From an uncultured bacterium (GTDB lineage: Bacteria > Bacteroidota > Rhodothermia > Balneolales > DATFMH01): a DNA stretch of 64,000 nucleotides. The DNA lies in NCBI GenBank assembly GCA_963712305.1, contig CAVQHI010000002.1, positions 1,488,885 through 1,552,884 on the forward strand. Reading direction: 5' to 3'. The stretch's first letter is position 1. The number at the start of each line of letters is the position of its first letter. Of the stretch, positions 37,208 to 46,746 are shown one piece after another. The translations under genes and the position numbers were made by a program. The notes below the pieces were generated by a model, which ran no database searches, was not told the origin of the DNA, and saw only the letters and a list, made by a program, of their open reading frames with translations.

Positions 37208-37834
37208 TCATGTATTCATCTTTTATAGTGCAATTATTTTAGGTGAGTTCGATATAAGCAATGAAGAAATCGTTAAAAACGATTAGTTTTAGATTCGTTG
37301 ACTCATAGCAGCCGGATTAATACGGGTGTTAGGGAGAATTCGTTAATACCTGAACCGTTCTAACGGTTTATGCCGGTCCGGATATACGCCTGTATATGTG
37401 AAATCAGCATCTTTGCAGGTTTATCTTATGTTGAACTCACGTTAATTAAGATTGAGGCCATTCGACAGTTTGCAGGGGACAAGCAGACGATTTTGAAAAT
37501 AAACCTGGCCGGATTGGATCGATAATGACCCCTAAAATCAGACAATGTATCTGAGACTGAGCATACAACAATCCGATGGTAAACCTATCATTTTTAATTT
37601 TTCTGCGTACAGTGCTGAGTGATTTTTGCTTTTTTTGAAGGCTCAGTGCAAATTTTTTTCTATCTGTTCCTTCCTATTTTTTTGTTTAAAGATGTAAATC
37701 ACCGTTTACCGCTTTCTAAGGGCACCTCAGTTCTTTTCCATCTTCAAAAAAAATTGCTATATAAAGGCAAACCTCATTTGGTTATCAGCAAGGAGTGAAT
37801 AGAGTTTCCAAAGAGGGTATCGTGTGGTTACTGG

Positions 37835-40492
37835 ATGGTTAAGAAACGGATTATAAATATGGTACATCGTCTTCGAAGTTTAATTCTGCCCGCCTTATGT
37901 ACGTTCCTTTTGGTTTCAACGGGTTTTGCGCAATCGGGTAACTGGTCTTTTAAAGACAGTGAACTCAAGGATAACTGGCAATTACAGTCGTCTTTTAAAG
38001 TACAACAGCCAGGAGATGTCGTATCAACATCAGAGTTTGATCCCAAAGATTGGTATAGTGTGGAAGTGCCGACTACCGTTCTGGCGGCTTTGGTGAAGAA
38101 GGGGGTATACAAAAACGTCTACTTTAATAGAAACCTTAGTAAAATTGATCCTTATCAATTTAATGTGCCCTGGTGGTATCGTACAGCGTTTGATCTGAAT
38201 CAGGTGGCAACTGATCAGACAACACGTCTTCAGTTCAACGGGATCAACTACAGTGCTGGTATTTGGCTGAATGGTAAAAAAATTGCATCGTCTGACACCC
38301 TGAAGGGAAGTTTCAGAAGGTTTACGATTGATGTCAGTCGTTATGTACATTCCGGTAAGAACATACTTGCTGTTGCGGTATCCCGTCCGGGACCCGGGGA
38401 CCTGGCCGTCGGTTTTGTCGACTGGAACCCGGAACCTGCAGATCATGATATGGGGATCTGGCGTACGGTGCATCTGTTAGTGTCTGGTCCCGTTTCAGTT
38501 GACCAGCCGTTTGTTGAAACGAAAGTAGATACGGCAACCCTGAAACACGCAGACCTGACAGTAAGTGCCTTGATTTGCAATCATTCAGATAAAACGGTTA
38601 AGGGAACGCTTAAAGGCACCATCGGCGATAATATTCAGATTTCGCAGGATGTAGCGCTTTCAGGTGGAGAAGCACGGAGGGTGACGTTTACACCAAATCA
38701 GTTCAAGCAACTCAGTATCAAAAATCCCAAACTCTGGTGGACACATACGCTGGGTAAACCCAACCTGTATTCGCTGAACCTTCAGTTTGTTACAGATAAC
38801 AAGGTATCTGACCAAAAATCAAAACGCTTCGGAATTCGTACGGTTTCGGATTACATAAATAAGGACGGATTTCGGGGTTACAGGCTGAATGGCAAAAAGA
38901 TCCTTATCAAAGGTGGAGGCTGGACCGATCCCATGTTGCTCGATGCTACCTCGGACTATGAAGAAGCGGGTATCGATTATGCGGTACAGATGAATTTAAA
39001 TACTATTCGCATGGAAGGGTTCTGGGGTGTGAACCAGCATTTGTATAATCTGTGCGATGAAAAAGGTATTCTCATCCAGGTTGGATTTAGCTGCCAGTGG
39101 GAATGGCCGGAGTATTTTGGAACACCAGCTGATAAATATGGGGGGATCATCACTCCTGAGCAGATGAATATCGCTGCAAATTCGTTTCGCGATCAGATCA
39201 CGTGGCTTCGCAATCATCCCAGTATTTTTGTCTGGATGTACGGAAGCGACAAGTGGCCGCGGCCTGAGCTTGAAAAGAAGTATCTTTCCGTTCTGAAAGA
39301 GTTTGATCCTACCAGACCTTCGCTCGCCTCGGCAGCTGAGTGGACGAGCGAAATCACCGGTCCGACAGCCGTAAAAATGAGAGGTCCCTACGATTATGTG
39401 CCCCCTGATTACTGGTATATCGATACTAAAAACGGCGGGGCATTCGGGTATAATACCGAAACGAGTCCGGGACCGGAAGTGCCTGTGCTGGAGAGTCTCA
39501 AGAAGATGATTCCGGCTGATTCACTGTGGCCGATCAGCAGTTCGTGGTTATATCATGCCGCGCGCTACAACTTCCATAACCTGACCCGCTATAACCGGGC
39601 GATGGATCAGAGGCTTGGAAAACCGGCGAGTTTAAATGACTACTTGCGGAAAGCTCAATACCTGAATTATGAAGGAATGCGTGCCATGTACGAGGCGTTT
39701 GAGGCCAACCGGTATAAAGCGACAGGTATCATTCAGTGGATGTACAACGCCTCCTGGCCTAAACTGTGGTGGCAACTCTACGACTATTACCTGATGCCCA
39801 CCGGCGCTTTTTACGGGGCACGAAAGGCAAACGAACCTCTTCACATCTCATATAATTACGGCAAGAGGGCCATTGATGTGATGAATAATACCCTGGACAG
39901 AGCCCGTAACCTCAATGCTGAGATTCGCGTGCTGGATTTCAATTTAAAACCAGTGATGGTGAAAACGGTACGTGTAAAATCACTCCCGGAACGAAAAACG
40001 ATGGGCATTCTGCAGCTCCCGGATAACATGAAGCTGAGCAAGACCTATTTCCTCGATCTCAAACTGACGGATCGTTCGAAACACGTTGTCAGCTCCAATT
40101 TCTACGTGCTCTCTGCACAGAAGGACAAGATTGATCCATCAAAAGCTACCTGGTTCGTTACTCCTCAGACACAGTTTGCTGATTTGAAAATGCTGGAACA
40201 ACTGCCGTCGGTCAAACTCGATGTACAGCGTACTTTCGAAAAACGGGGTGATGATACGTATGCCAATGTAACGGTGAAAAACCCGTCAACCAGCCTGGCA
40301 TTTATGGTGCATCTCGACATGAGAAAAGGAGAGGAAGGAGACTCGGTCGTTCCTGTTTTCTGGGATGATAATTACATAACCCTGATGCCTGGTGAAGAAC
40401 GTACGATTACCGGACATTGTCATTCAAAAGATCTGGAAGGAAAACAGCCGGCTGTGACAATCAGTGGATGGAATACAGGAAAGAAGGAATAA
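37835..40492 (+). CDS. GH2 family glycosidase, exo-beta-D-glucosaminidase/beta-mannosidase-like
   Basis: 885 aa with a signal peptide. GH2 sugar-binding domain (WYRTAFDL...LQFNGINYSAGIWLNGKKI). Catalytic barrel with NHPSIFVWMYGSD (Asp where most GH2 have the NE acid/base, as I recall for CsxA-type glucosaminidases) and FGYNTETSPG. Confidence 0.78.
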   Translation: MVKKRIINMVHRLRSLILPALCTFLLVSTGFAQSGNWSFKDSELKDNWQLQSSFKVQQPGDVVSTSEFDPKDWYSVEVPTTVLAALVKKGVYKNVYFNRNLSKIDPYQFNVPWWYRTAFDLNQVATDQTTRLQFNGINYSAGIWLNGKKIASSDTLKGSFRRFTIDVSRYVHSGKNILAVAVSRPGPGDLAVGFVDWNPEPADHDMGIWRTVHLLVSGPVSVDQPFVETKVDTATLKHADLTVSALICNHSDKTVKGTLKGTIGDNIQISQDVALSGGEARRVTFTPNQFKQLSIKNPKLWWTHTLGKPNLYSLNLQFVTDNKVSDQKSKRFGIRTVSDYINKDGFRGYRLNGKKILIKGGGWTDPMLLDATSDYEEAGIDYAVQMNLNTIRMEGFWGVNQHLYNLCDEKGILIQVGFSCQWEWPEYFGTPADKYGGIITPEQMNIAANSFRDQITWLRNHPSIFVWMYGSDKWPRPELEKKYLSVLKEFDPTRPSLASAAEWTSEITGPTAVKMRGPYDYVPPDYWYIDTKNGGAFGYNTETSPGPEVPVLESLKKMIPADSLWPISSSWLYHAARYNFHNLTRYNRAMDQRLGKPASLNDYLRKAQYLNYEGMRAMYEAFEANRYKATGIIQWMYNASWPKLWWQLYDYYLMPTGAFYGARKANEPLHISYNYGKRAIDVMNNTLDRARNLNAEIRVLDFNLKPVMVKTVRVKSLPERKTMGILQLPDNMKLSKTYFLDLKLTDRSKHVVSSNFYVLSAQKDKIDPSKATWFVTPQTQFADLKMLEQLPSVKLDVQRTFEKRGDDTYANVTVKNPSTSLAFMVHLDMRKGEEGDSVVPVFWDDNYITLMPGEERTITGHCHSKDLEGKQPAVTISGWNTGKKE

Positions 40493-40500
40493 TTGAAAAA

Positions 40501-40534
40501 GCTGTCAGCCTTCAGCACTCAGCTGGCTGACAGC
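40501..40534 (+). other. Perfect 10-bp hairpin between GH2 and MFS genes (no U-tract)
   Basis: GCTGTCAGCC (40501-40510) / GGCTGACAGC (40525-40534) with a 14-nt loop. It could be an attenuator, an RNA-stability element or another repeat family member. Confidence 0.4.
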
Positions 40535-40594
40535 CGATAGCTGATTGCTGAAAGCTATTTAAAACTGGTGTGTAAACAAAGGAAAGGATAATCG

Positions 40595-41887
40595 ATGAAG
40601 CGTAATTATTACATTGTAGCCCTGATCATGCTGACATTCTTCGTAGTGTCATTCTTGACCAATATCATAGGGCCGTTGGTGCCGGATATTATTAAGGGTT
40701 TTAACCTAAGTCTGACACTTGTTGCGTTGCTGCCGTTTGCGTTCTTTATAGCATACGGAGTCGTTTCGATACCGACGGGAGTGCTGATTGAGAAGTATAA
40801 GGAGAAGAAGGTGATGATCGCCGCCTTCGTCGTCGCTTTCATTGGTGCCCTGATCCTGGCTATGTTCCCCAACTATCTTACCGCAGTGATTTCGTTGTTC
40901 CTGATTGGTTCAGGGATGGCCATGTTGCAGGTGGTAATCAATCCATTACTGCGCGCTGCCGGTGGTGAAGAGAATTACGCGTTCAACTCGGTACTCGCAC
41001 AGCTCATTTTTGGGCTGGCTTCCTTTGTGAGCCCTCTCGTGTACTCATACCTGGTTTTGAATCTCAAAAATTCAGCGGCTTCGCACGATGTCATCCTTTC
41101 CACACTTGATTCTCTGGTACCCAAAAGCCTGCCATGGATTTCGCTGTACTGGCTGTTTACCATCATCTGTCTGGCAATGATCGTTGTCATTTTTTTCTCG
41201 CGCTTTCCAAAAGTGGAGCTTAGCGAAGACGAACAGGTCGAACCGGTAAACGTGTACATTCAATTACTCAAGAAACCTATCGTTATTCTTTTCTTTTTTG
41301 GGATCTTCATGTATGTAGGTACAGAGCAAGGAGTTGCCAACTGGATGTCACAATTCCTGCAGACCTATCACGGCTATGACCCGCAAACGACTGGTGCCGA
41401 AGAAGTATCCCGGTTTTGGGGGCTTATGACGGCGGGTGGCGTGCTCGGACTCTTTCTGCTTAAGGTTATGGACAGCCGGAAGATATTGATCAGTTTTACA
41501 GTGCTTGCCCTCGTCTCTCTGAGCGTGGCACTTTTTGGGAGCGGATCATCAGCACTGTATGCATTTCCTATCATCGGATTTTTCGCCTCTGTGATGTATC
41601 CTGTTATTTTCTCACTGGCATTGAACTCCCTTGAAGAACATCACGGTGCATTTGCTGGTATCCTGGTTACAGGTATCATTGGCGGGGCCATTGTTCCATT
41701 GGTTATCGGGTGGTTCGGTGACATGTTTGGCTTGAGAACCGGGATGTTGTTCTTATATATCACGATGGGATTCATATTGAGTATTGGATTCTGGGCGAAG
41801 CCCATTATTACGAATAAGACGATTCAGATGTCACGTAAAGAAGCCGCGGATAAACTCGATTCATCGTCAGAAACAGGAGTGGCATGA
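40595..41887 (+). CDS. MFS sugar transporter (FucP/GluP glucose-galactose type)
   Basis: 430 aa, about 12 predicted hydrophobic helices. N-terminal LTFFVVSFLTNIIGPLVPDI pattern typical of the FucP/GluP family. Confidence 0.82.
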   Translation: MKRNYYIVALIMLTFFVVSFLTNIIGPLVPDIIKGFNLSLTLVALLPFAFFIAYGVVSIPTGVLIEKYKEKKVMIAAFVVAFIGALILAMFPNYLTAVISLFLIGSGMAMLQVVINPLLRAAGGEENYAFNSVLAQLIFGLASFVSPLVYSYLVLNLKNSAASHDVILSTLDSLVPKSLPWISLYWLFTIICLAMIVVIFFSRFPKVELSEDEQVEPVNVYIQLLKKPIVILFFFGIFMYVGTEQGVANWMSQFLQTYHGYDPQTTGAEEVSRFWGLMTAGGVLGLFLLKVMDSRKILISFTVLALVSLSVALFGSGSSALYAFPIIGFFASVMYPVIFSLALNSLEEHHGAFAGILVTGIIGGAIVPLVIGWFGDMFGLRTGMLFLYITMGFILSIGFWAKPIITNKTIQMSRKEAADKLDSSSETGVA

Positions 41888-42741
41888 ACGGAAAGAGAGT
41901 CATGGGCATCGATTTGGGCGGGACCAACGCCCGGGCCGGAATTATCGATAATGATGAACTTGGAGAGGTAAGTTCCGTACGTATTCATTCTGATGGTACC
42001 GTTGGTGATGTGATGAGCGACCTGTTTGGTCTTGTGGATAAATCCATTGATTCGTCTGTTGAAGCCATAGGAATAGGCGTTCCGAGTGTCGTGGATGTAG
42101 ATGAGGGCATCGTTTATGATGTGCAAAATATACCGTCATGGAAGGAAGTCCATCTTCGGGAATTGATGGAAGACCGCTACAATTTGCCGGTTCTGGTTAA
42201 CAATGATGCCAACTGCTTTGCCCTGGGTGAGAAGTACTTCGGCAAGGGCAGGGGGGCACATTCAATGATCGGCCTGATCATCGGGACGGGCATGGGAGCC
42301 GGTCTTGTCGTAAATGATCACTTATATGCGGGACCCAACTGCGGTGCCGGCGAGTTCGGAATGGTTGATTACCTGGACCAGAATTACGAATACTATGCAA
42401 GCGGGCAATTCTTCGAACAGGTTCACCTGACGGCAGGAGAGAAAGTGTTCAAAAGTGCCAGTCAGGGAGATCAGACAGCATTAGAGATATTCGAAGAACT
42501 GGGTGTTCACATCGGCAATGCGATCAAGATGATCCTCTACACCTTCGATCCCGAACTGGTTATTCTGGGTGGTTCGGTCAGTCAGGCATATACATACTTT
42601 GAAAAGTCGATGTGGCGACGAATTCGAACGTTTGCTTATTCCAAATCGCTTGAGAAATTCCGCATTGAGGTTTCAGAACTTGAGAATTGCGGTGTGCTGG
42701 GTGCCGCAGCATTGTATTACGATTCCAAACGAGATATTTAA
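41884..42741 (+). CDS. ROK family sugar kinase (glucokinase/N-acetylglucosamine kinase-like)
   Basis: 285 aa. ATP-binding MGIDLGGTNARAG, ROK core NDANCFALGE, GTGMGAGLV. Start overlaps the MFS stop (ATGA). Confidence 0.85.
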   Translation: MNGKRVMGIDLGGTNARAGIIDNDELGEVSSVRIHSDGTVGDVMSDLFGLVDKSIDSSVEAIGIGVPSVVDVDEGIVYDVQNIPSWKEVHLRELMEDRYNLPVLVNNDANCFALGEKYFGKGRGAHSMIGLIIGTGMGAGLVVNDHLYAGPNCGAGEFGMVDYLDQNYEYYASGQFFEQVHLTAGEKVFKSASQGDQTALEIFEELGVHIGNAIKMILYTFDPELVILGGSVSQAYTYFEKSMWRRIRTFAYSKSLEKFRIEVSELENCGVLGAAALYYDSKRDI

Positions 42742-42750
42742 AATTCAGAA

Positions 42751-43119
42751 TTAATCGACATTTTCGTTTTTGTTTAGATCTTCAAGTAACCGCAGCATCT
42801 CCAGATGGTTCTTTTTGTTGGTGCCGTCAATCCAAATCAGCAGAAAGAGCACCGTCATCCACATCGATAGATTAAGCTGGGCCTCTGTCGATCCGGCAAA
42901 AATCTGAATGACATAGAAAGCAACGAAAATGATGGATGAGAACAAGCCCAGTTTACTACTCTTTCTGGCTTTTTCGATCTCGTTTTGGAAATTGAAGTAG
43001 ATTCTGATAAACCGTTTTTTATCCCTTATAAACAGTTTCCGGATATCGGTTGTGCATTTCCATTTAAGACGAACGATCTGTTCCTGGTATTCCATATTAA
43101 CCTGCTTCACATCAATCAC
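42751..43119 (-). CDS. Hypothetical small membrane protein (two predicted TM helices)
   Basis: 122-aa ORF with two hydrophobic segments (LGLFSSIIFVAFYVIQIFAG; MWMTVLFLLIWI). No recognisable family. Confidence 0.45.
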   Translation of the reverse strand: MIDVKQVNMEYQEQIVRLKWKCTTDIRKLFIRDKKRFIRIYFNFQNEIEKARKSSKLGLFSSIIFVAFYVIQIFAGSTEAQLNLSMWMTVLFLLIWIDGTNKKNHLEMLRLLEDLNKNENVD

Positions 43120-43191
43120 ATAAGGATATTACTTTTGAAATATTGTAGATAAATATCAGGTCATTTGCCAGAAGATGAGGTACTTGTAATG

Positions 43192-43235
43192 TGGCTGTTG
43201 CAGGGGCGCTTCGCGAAGCGCCCCTGCAACAGCCA
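43192..43235. repeat. 44-nt perfect palindrome
   Basis: TGGCTGTTGCAGGGGCGCTTCG|CGAAGCGCCCCTGCAACAGCCA is exactly self-complementary. It lies between the bglX terminator and the start of the small membrane-protein gene. Confidence 0.9.
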
Positions 43236-43253
43236 GACAATAAACGTCCTGCA

Positions 43254-43290
43254 TAAAAAAAGGAGATGCGGAATTTCCACATCTCCTTTC
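43254..43290 (-). terminator. Rho-independent terminator of the GH3 gene
   Basis: The minus strand reads GGAGATGTGG-AAATT-CCGCATCTCC followed by TTTTTTT, about 20 nt after the TAA stop (43311-43313). Confidence 0.8.
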
Positions 43291-43310
43291 TAAAAATCAG
43301 CTAAAAGCTA

Positions 43311-45605
43311 TTAGTTGCCGGATTCACCCGTTACGGTAAAATCAGCTGTTTTTACAGAATCGGAGTTCGTTCCGACCATTACAGAGTATGCTCCCGGAGC
43401 GATAACTTTCTTCATGTTGATGTCGTACCGTTCCAGTTTTTTGGGTGTCACTTTAAACGTTACTTCCCTGCTTTCACCGGGTTGCAGTGTCACACTTTTG
43501 AAGCCTTTCAGCTCTTTCACCGGTGGTGATACCTCATTGTAGTGTTCGTGCAGGTACATCTGAACCATCTCTTCGCCTTCAACTTTTCCCGTGTTTGTAA
43601 CGGTTGTGGTGACGGTTAGGGAGTCCGTTGGTGAGATGCTGGTTGCACTAAGCTGAGGTGCGGAATAAGAGAATGTTGTATAGCTCAAGCCAAAACCGAA
43701 CGGATAAAGGGGTGAGTTAAGAACATCCAGGTATTTAGAAGTATACTTGTTGTTAGGGTTTCTCGGGCGCCCGGTATTCGTGTGATTGTAATAGACCGGT
43801 ATCTGACCAACATCACGCGGGAAAGACATAGTGAGCTTACCACTTGGGTTGTAATCGCCAAAAAGGACGTCGGCGATGGCGTGACCGCCTTCAACTCCGG
43901 GATACCATGCTTCGAGAATGGACGGAACATTGTCGTGCAGCCAGTCTATGGTAAGCGGACGTCCGTTCATTAGTACGACGACAACCGGTTTGCCGGTCTT
44001 TATCACAGCTTTAACCAGTTCAACCTGGTTGCCAGGGATGCCTATCTTCGACCGGCTGGCAGCCTCACCTGTCATGGCACGTGATTCACCGATTACCAGG
44101 ACCACCACATCTGAACTGCTGGCGGCAGCGACAGCAGCGGGGAAACCGGATTTCGATGTTCCTTCGATGTCAGTTCCCTTCACATAATGAATTTTTGTGC
44201 TGGATGACACTGCTTCCTTCATTCCCTGCAGGATGGTCACGACATCCTTTGCTTCCCCGGCACCTGACCATGAACCGAGTAAATCATCCTGATCATCAGC
44301 AAGAGGGCCGATCAGAGCAATGTTGTGGAAATCTTTTGACAGCGGGAGAATGCTGCCGTCATTTTTCAACAGTACCATGGACTTGCGGGCTACCTTGCGT
44401 GCTAGTTTGCGGTTTCCATCGTTGAGGATCGTTTGTGCCGCACGGACTGAATCGCTGTAGGCATAAGGATTATCAAAAAGACCAAGTTTGAATTTGGTTG
44501 CCAGGATACGGCGAACGGCCTGGTCAATTAAATCTTCGCTGACTTTGCCTTCGTGAACAAGTTTGGGCAGCTGGGTAAGGAAATAACCGGCCTGCATGTC
44601 CATATCAACGCCGGCTTTAACAGAACGTAGCGCAGCCTGGGCTGAATCTTTGGCAACTTCGTGATTCTGCAGTTCCATAATTGCCGTATAATCGGTAACA
44701 ACAAATCCTTTGAAACCCCACTCGTGGCGAAGGACGTCTGTCATAAGAAAATGATTTTCCGTAGACGGGACACCATTGAGCGTATTAAATGAGGTCATGA
44801 CGGTTGCCGCACCGGCATCCACGGCAGCCTTGTAAGTCGGCAGATACATGGTGCGAAGACGACGCATCGACATATCTACGGTATTGTATTCCCGGCCCGC
44901 TTCGACAGCACCGTAGGCCGCAAAGTGTTTTACGCAAGCCAGCACGGTATTGGGAGCGGACAGGTCCGTTCCCTGAAACCCATGAACAGCAGCAGCAGCG
45001 ATTTTTGATCCCAGGTATGGATCTTCACCGGCACCTTCCATAACGCGGCCCCAGCGGGGATCCCTTGAGATATCGACCATGGGTGCAAACGTCCAGTGCA
45101 ATCCTTCGGAGGCGGCTTCAGCAGCTGCCACGCTGTCAGCCTGACGAACCATATTGGGATCCCATGTACACGACTCTGCAAGGTTAATAGGGAAGATGGT
45201 CCGAAAACCGTGAATCACATCAAAACCAAATAGCAGTGGAATATGTAGCCGTGTACTATCGACGGCCAGTTTCTGGAGCTTTCGGGTATATTTCCAGCCA
45301 ATGGCGTTGAAAATGGAACCCACCTTGCCTTCCTTAACAAGGTTTCGATAGTTGGGATTGATCGTTGGACCCGTTGTTGCATAAGTGCTGGTAAACTGGG
45401 TCATTTGTCCCACTTTCTCTTCAATGGTCATTTTGGAGAGAACAGAATCTGCTTTGTGTAGAATTTCCGGCGTTGCAAATTGTTTTTGTGCTGGTGGCAC
45501 GTTCTGCACGCTTTGCTCGTTTACGGGCTCACAACCAGCTACCAAAAGGATTGAAATCACTATCGGTATCAGGCTGGCAGCTAATTTTTTGATATTACTC
45601 CACAT
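43311..45605 (-). CDS. bglX: GH3 periplasmic beta-glucosidase
   Basis: 764 aa. Lipobox-like LLVAGC. KVGQMTQ, GFDVIHGFRT, SRDPRWGRVMEGAGEDP, nucleophile region GFVVTDY, C-terminal Fn3-like domain. Confidence 0.92.
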   Translation of the reverse strand: MWSNIKKLAASLIPIVISILLVAGCEPVNEQSVQNVPPAQKQFATPEILHKADSVLSKMTIEEKVGQMTQFTSTYATTGPTINPNYRNLVKEGKVGSIFNAIGWKYTRKLQKLAVDSTRLHIPLLFGFDVIHGFRTIFPINLAESCTWDPNMVRQADSVAAAEAASEGLHWTFAPMVDISRDPRWGRVMEGAGEDPYLGSKIAAAAVHGFQGTDLSAPNTVLACVKHFAAYGAVEAGREYNTVDMSMRRLRTMYLPTYKAAVDAGAATVMTSFNTLNGVPSTENHFLMTDVLRHEWGFKGFVVTDYTAIMELQNHEVAKDSAQAALRSVKAGVDMDMQAGYFLTQLPKLVHEGKVSEDLIDQAVRRILATKFKLGLFDNPYAYSDSVRAAQTILNDGNRKLARKVARKSMVLLKNDGSILPLSKDFHNIALIGPLADDQDDLLGSWSGAGEAKDVVTILQGMKEAVSSSTKIHYVKGTDIEGTSKSGFPAAVAAASSSDVVVLVIGESRAMTGEAASRSKIGIPGNQVELVKAVIKTGKPVVVVLMNGRPLTIDWLHDNVPSILEAWYPGVEGGHAIADVLFGDYNPSGKLTMSFPRDVGQIPVYYNHTNTGRPRNPNNKYTSKYLDVLNSPLYPFGFGLSYTTFSYSAPQLSATSISPTDSLTVTTTVTNTGKVEGEEMVQMYLHEHYNEVSPPVKELKGFKSVTLQPGESREVTFKVTPKKLERYDINMKKVIAPGAYSVMVGTNSDSVKTADFTVTGESGN

Positions 45606-45905
45606 AATAAGAAATGGTTAAGGTTGGCATAAAAAAAGGTCAGGCGACCAGTGGTGAAATTTCGTTTTGCATAAACAGTGCAATTGTATGAAAATGAATG
45701 GTATTATATTCAATTGCAAGTAAACAGGTTATACTCTTTTGACTGAATTTTTAGTTTTTGTGGTCATAATTGTATTAGATTTTAAATACTTGTCGTGATG
45801 AACATTAAGACGGAATATCTCGCCAATTTTTTTTGTTAGTATATACCGAAGCGTTTTTTTCATTTTTTAAGTTCATCGAACGTTTCCTTCATAACCTTGA
45901 ATGTG

Positions 45906-46532
45906 ATGTCTCATCCATCCAAAATAAGTGAAAATGTAGAATTAGAGAACCTCTGGTCAGGAGTTCGAGAGGGAGACAAGCGTGCTTTTTCAGCATTATT
46001 TCTTCAGAATTATAACCATCTCTACAATTACGGCCGCAAATTATATAATGAAAGCGATATTGTTGAAGACGCGATACAGGATGTTTTTGCAACGATCTGG
46101 CAAACCAAGGAGAGGCTCTCGCCGGTTTCTTCAGTCAAGGCTTATCTGATCATATCGCTGCGCAGGCAGTTGCTTCGGATGCTTCAAAAGAAACGGATGG
46201 TGGATCCGATAGGCGACAGCATAAAAGACATCATTCCAAATATCGAATTTAGCGCTGACGAGATCGTACTCAATTCAGACCACGATCCTTTGCACAAATC
46301 ACTCGTTGAAGTCCTTAATCAGCTGCCGAATCAGAAAAAGGAAGTGATCTATCTGTACTTTTACAGTGGTATGGACTATGAAGAAATAGCTCAAATAATG
46401 GACCTAACTATCCAAACGGTAAGGAATTACATGTCAATGGCCTTATCACGTGCAAAAGATATCATTATTGAAAATAAACTCCCTCAGTTTCTGCTTATAC
46501 TGACCATTTTGGCCATGATTCTCCCACATTAA
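45906..46532 (+). CDS. ECF-type RNA polymerase sigma factor (Bacteroidetes PUL type)
   Basis: TTG 45897 in the track; the first ATG is at 45906. Region 2 (FSALFLQNYNHLYNYGRKL...DAIQDVFATIW) and region 4 HTH (MDYEEIAQIMDLTIQTVRNYMSMA). Followed by anti-sigma and STN-SusC genes. The C-terminus has a hydrophobic tail FLLILTILAMIL. Confidence 0.85.
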   Translation: MSHPSKISENVELENLWSGVREGDKRAFSALFLQNYNHLYNYGRKLYNESDIVEDAIQDVFATIWQTKERLSPVSSVKAYLIISLRRQLLRMLQKKRMVDPIGDSIKDIIPNIEFSADEIVLNSDHDPLHKSLVEVLNQLPNQKKEVIYLYFYSGMDYEEIAQIMDLTIQTVRNYMSMALSRAKDIIIENKLPQFLLILTILAMILPH

Positions 46533-46746
46533 AAGTTGCCGGGGCGAGTTAGGGGAATTCCATTTATCAAAATATTTCCACCCTTTTTATCCATATATTT
46601 TATTAAAAAACAACTATTTGTAAAGAAACAAGGTATGAGTATTTACAAATTTCTCAAAAAAAAAACTCTTTCAAACGATTATAAACGGGAAGGTTTCGTC
46701 TCTCTAAACTCAGACAAAGAAAGAAGAGGAACACTAATCACGACAA

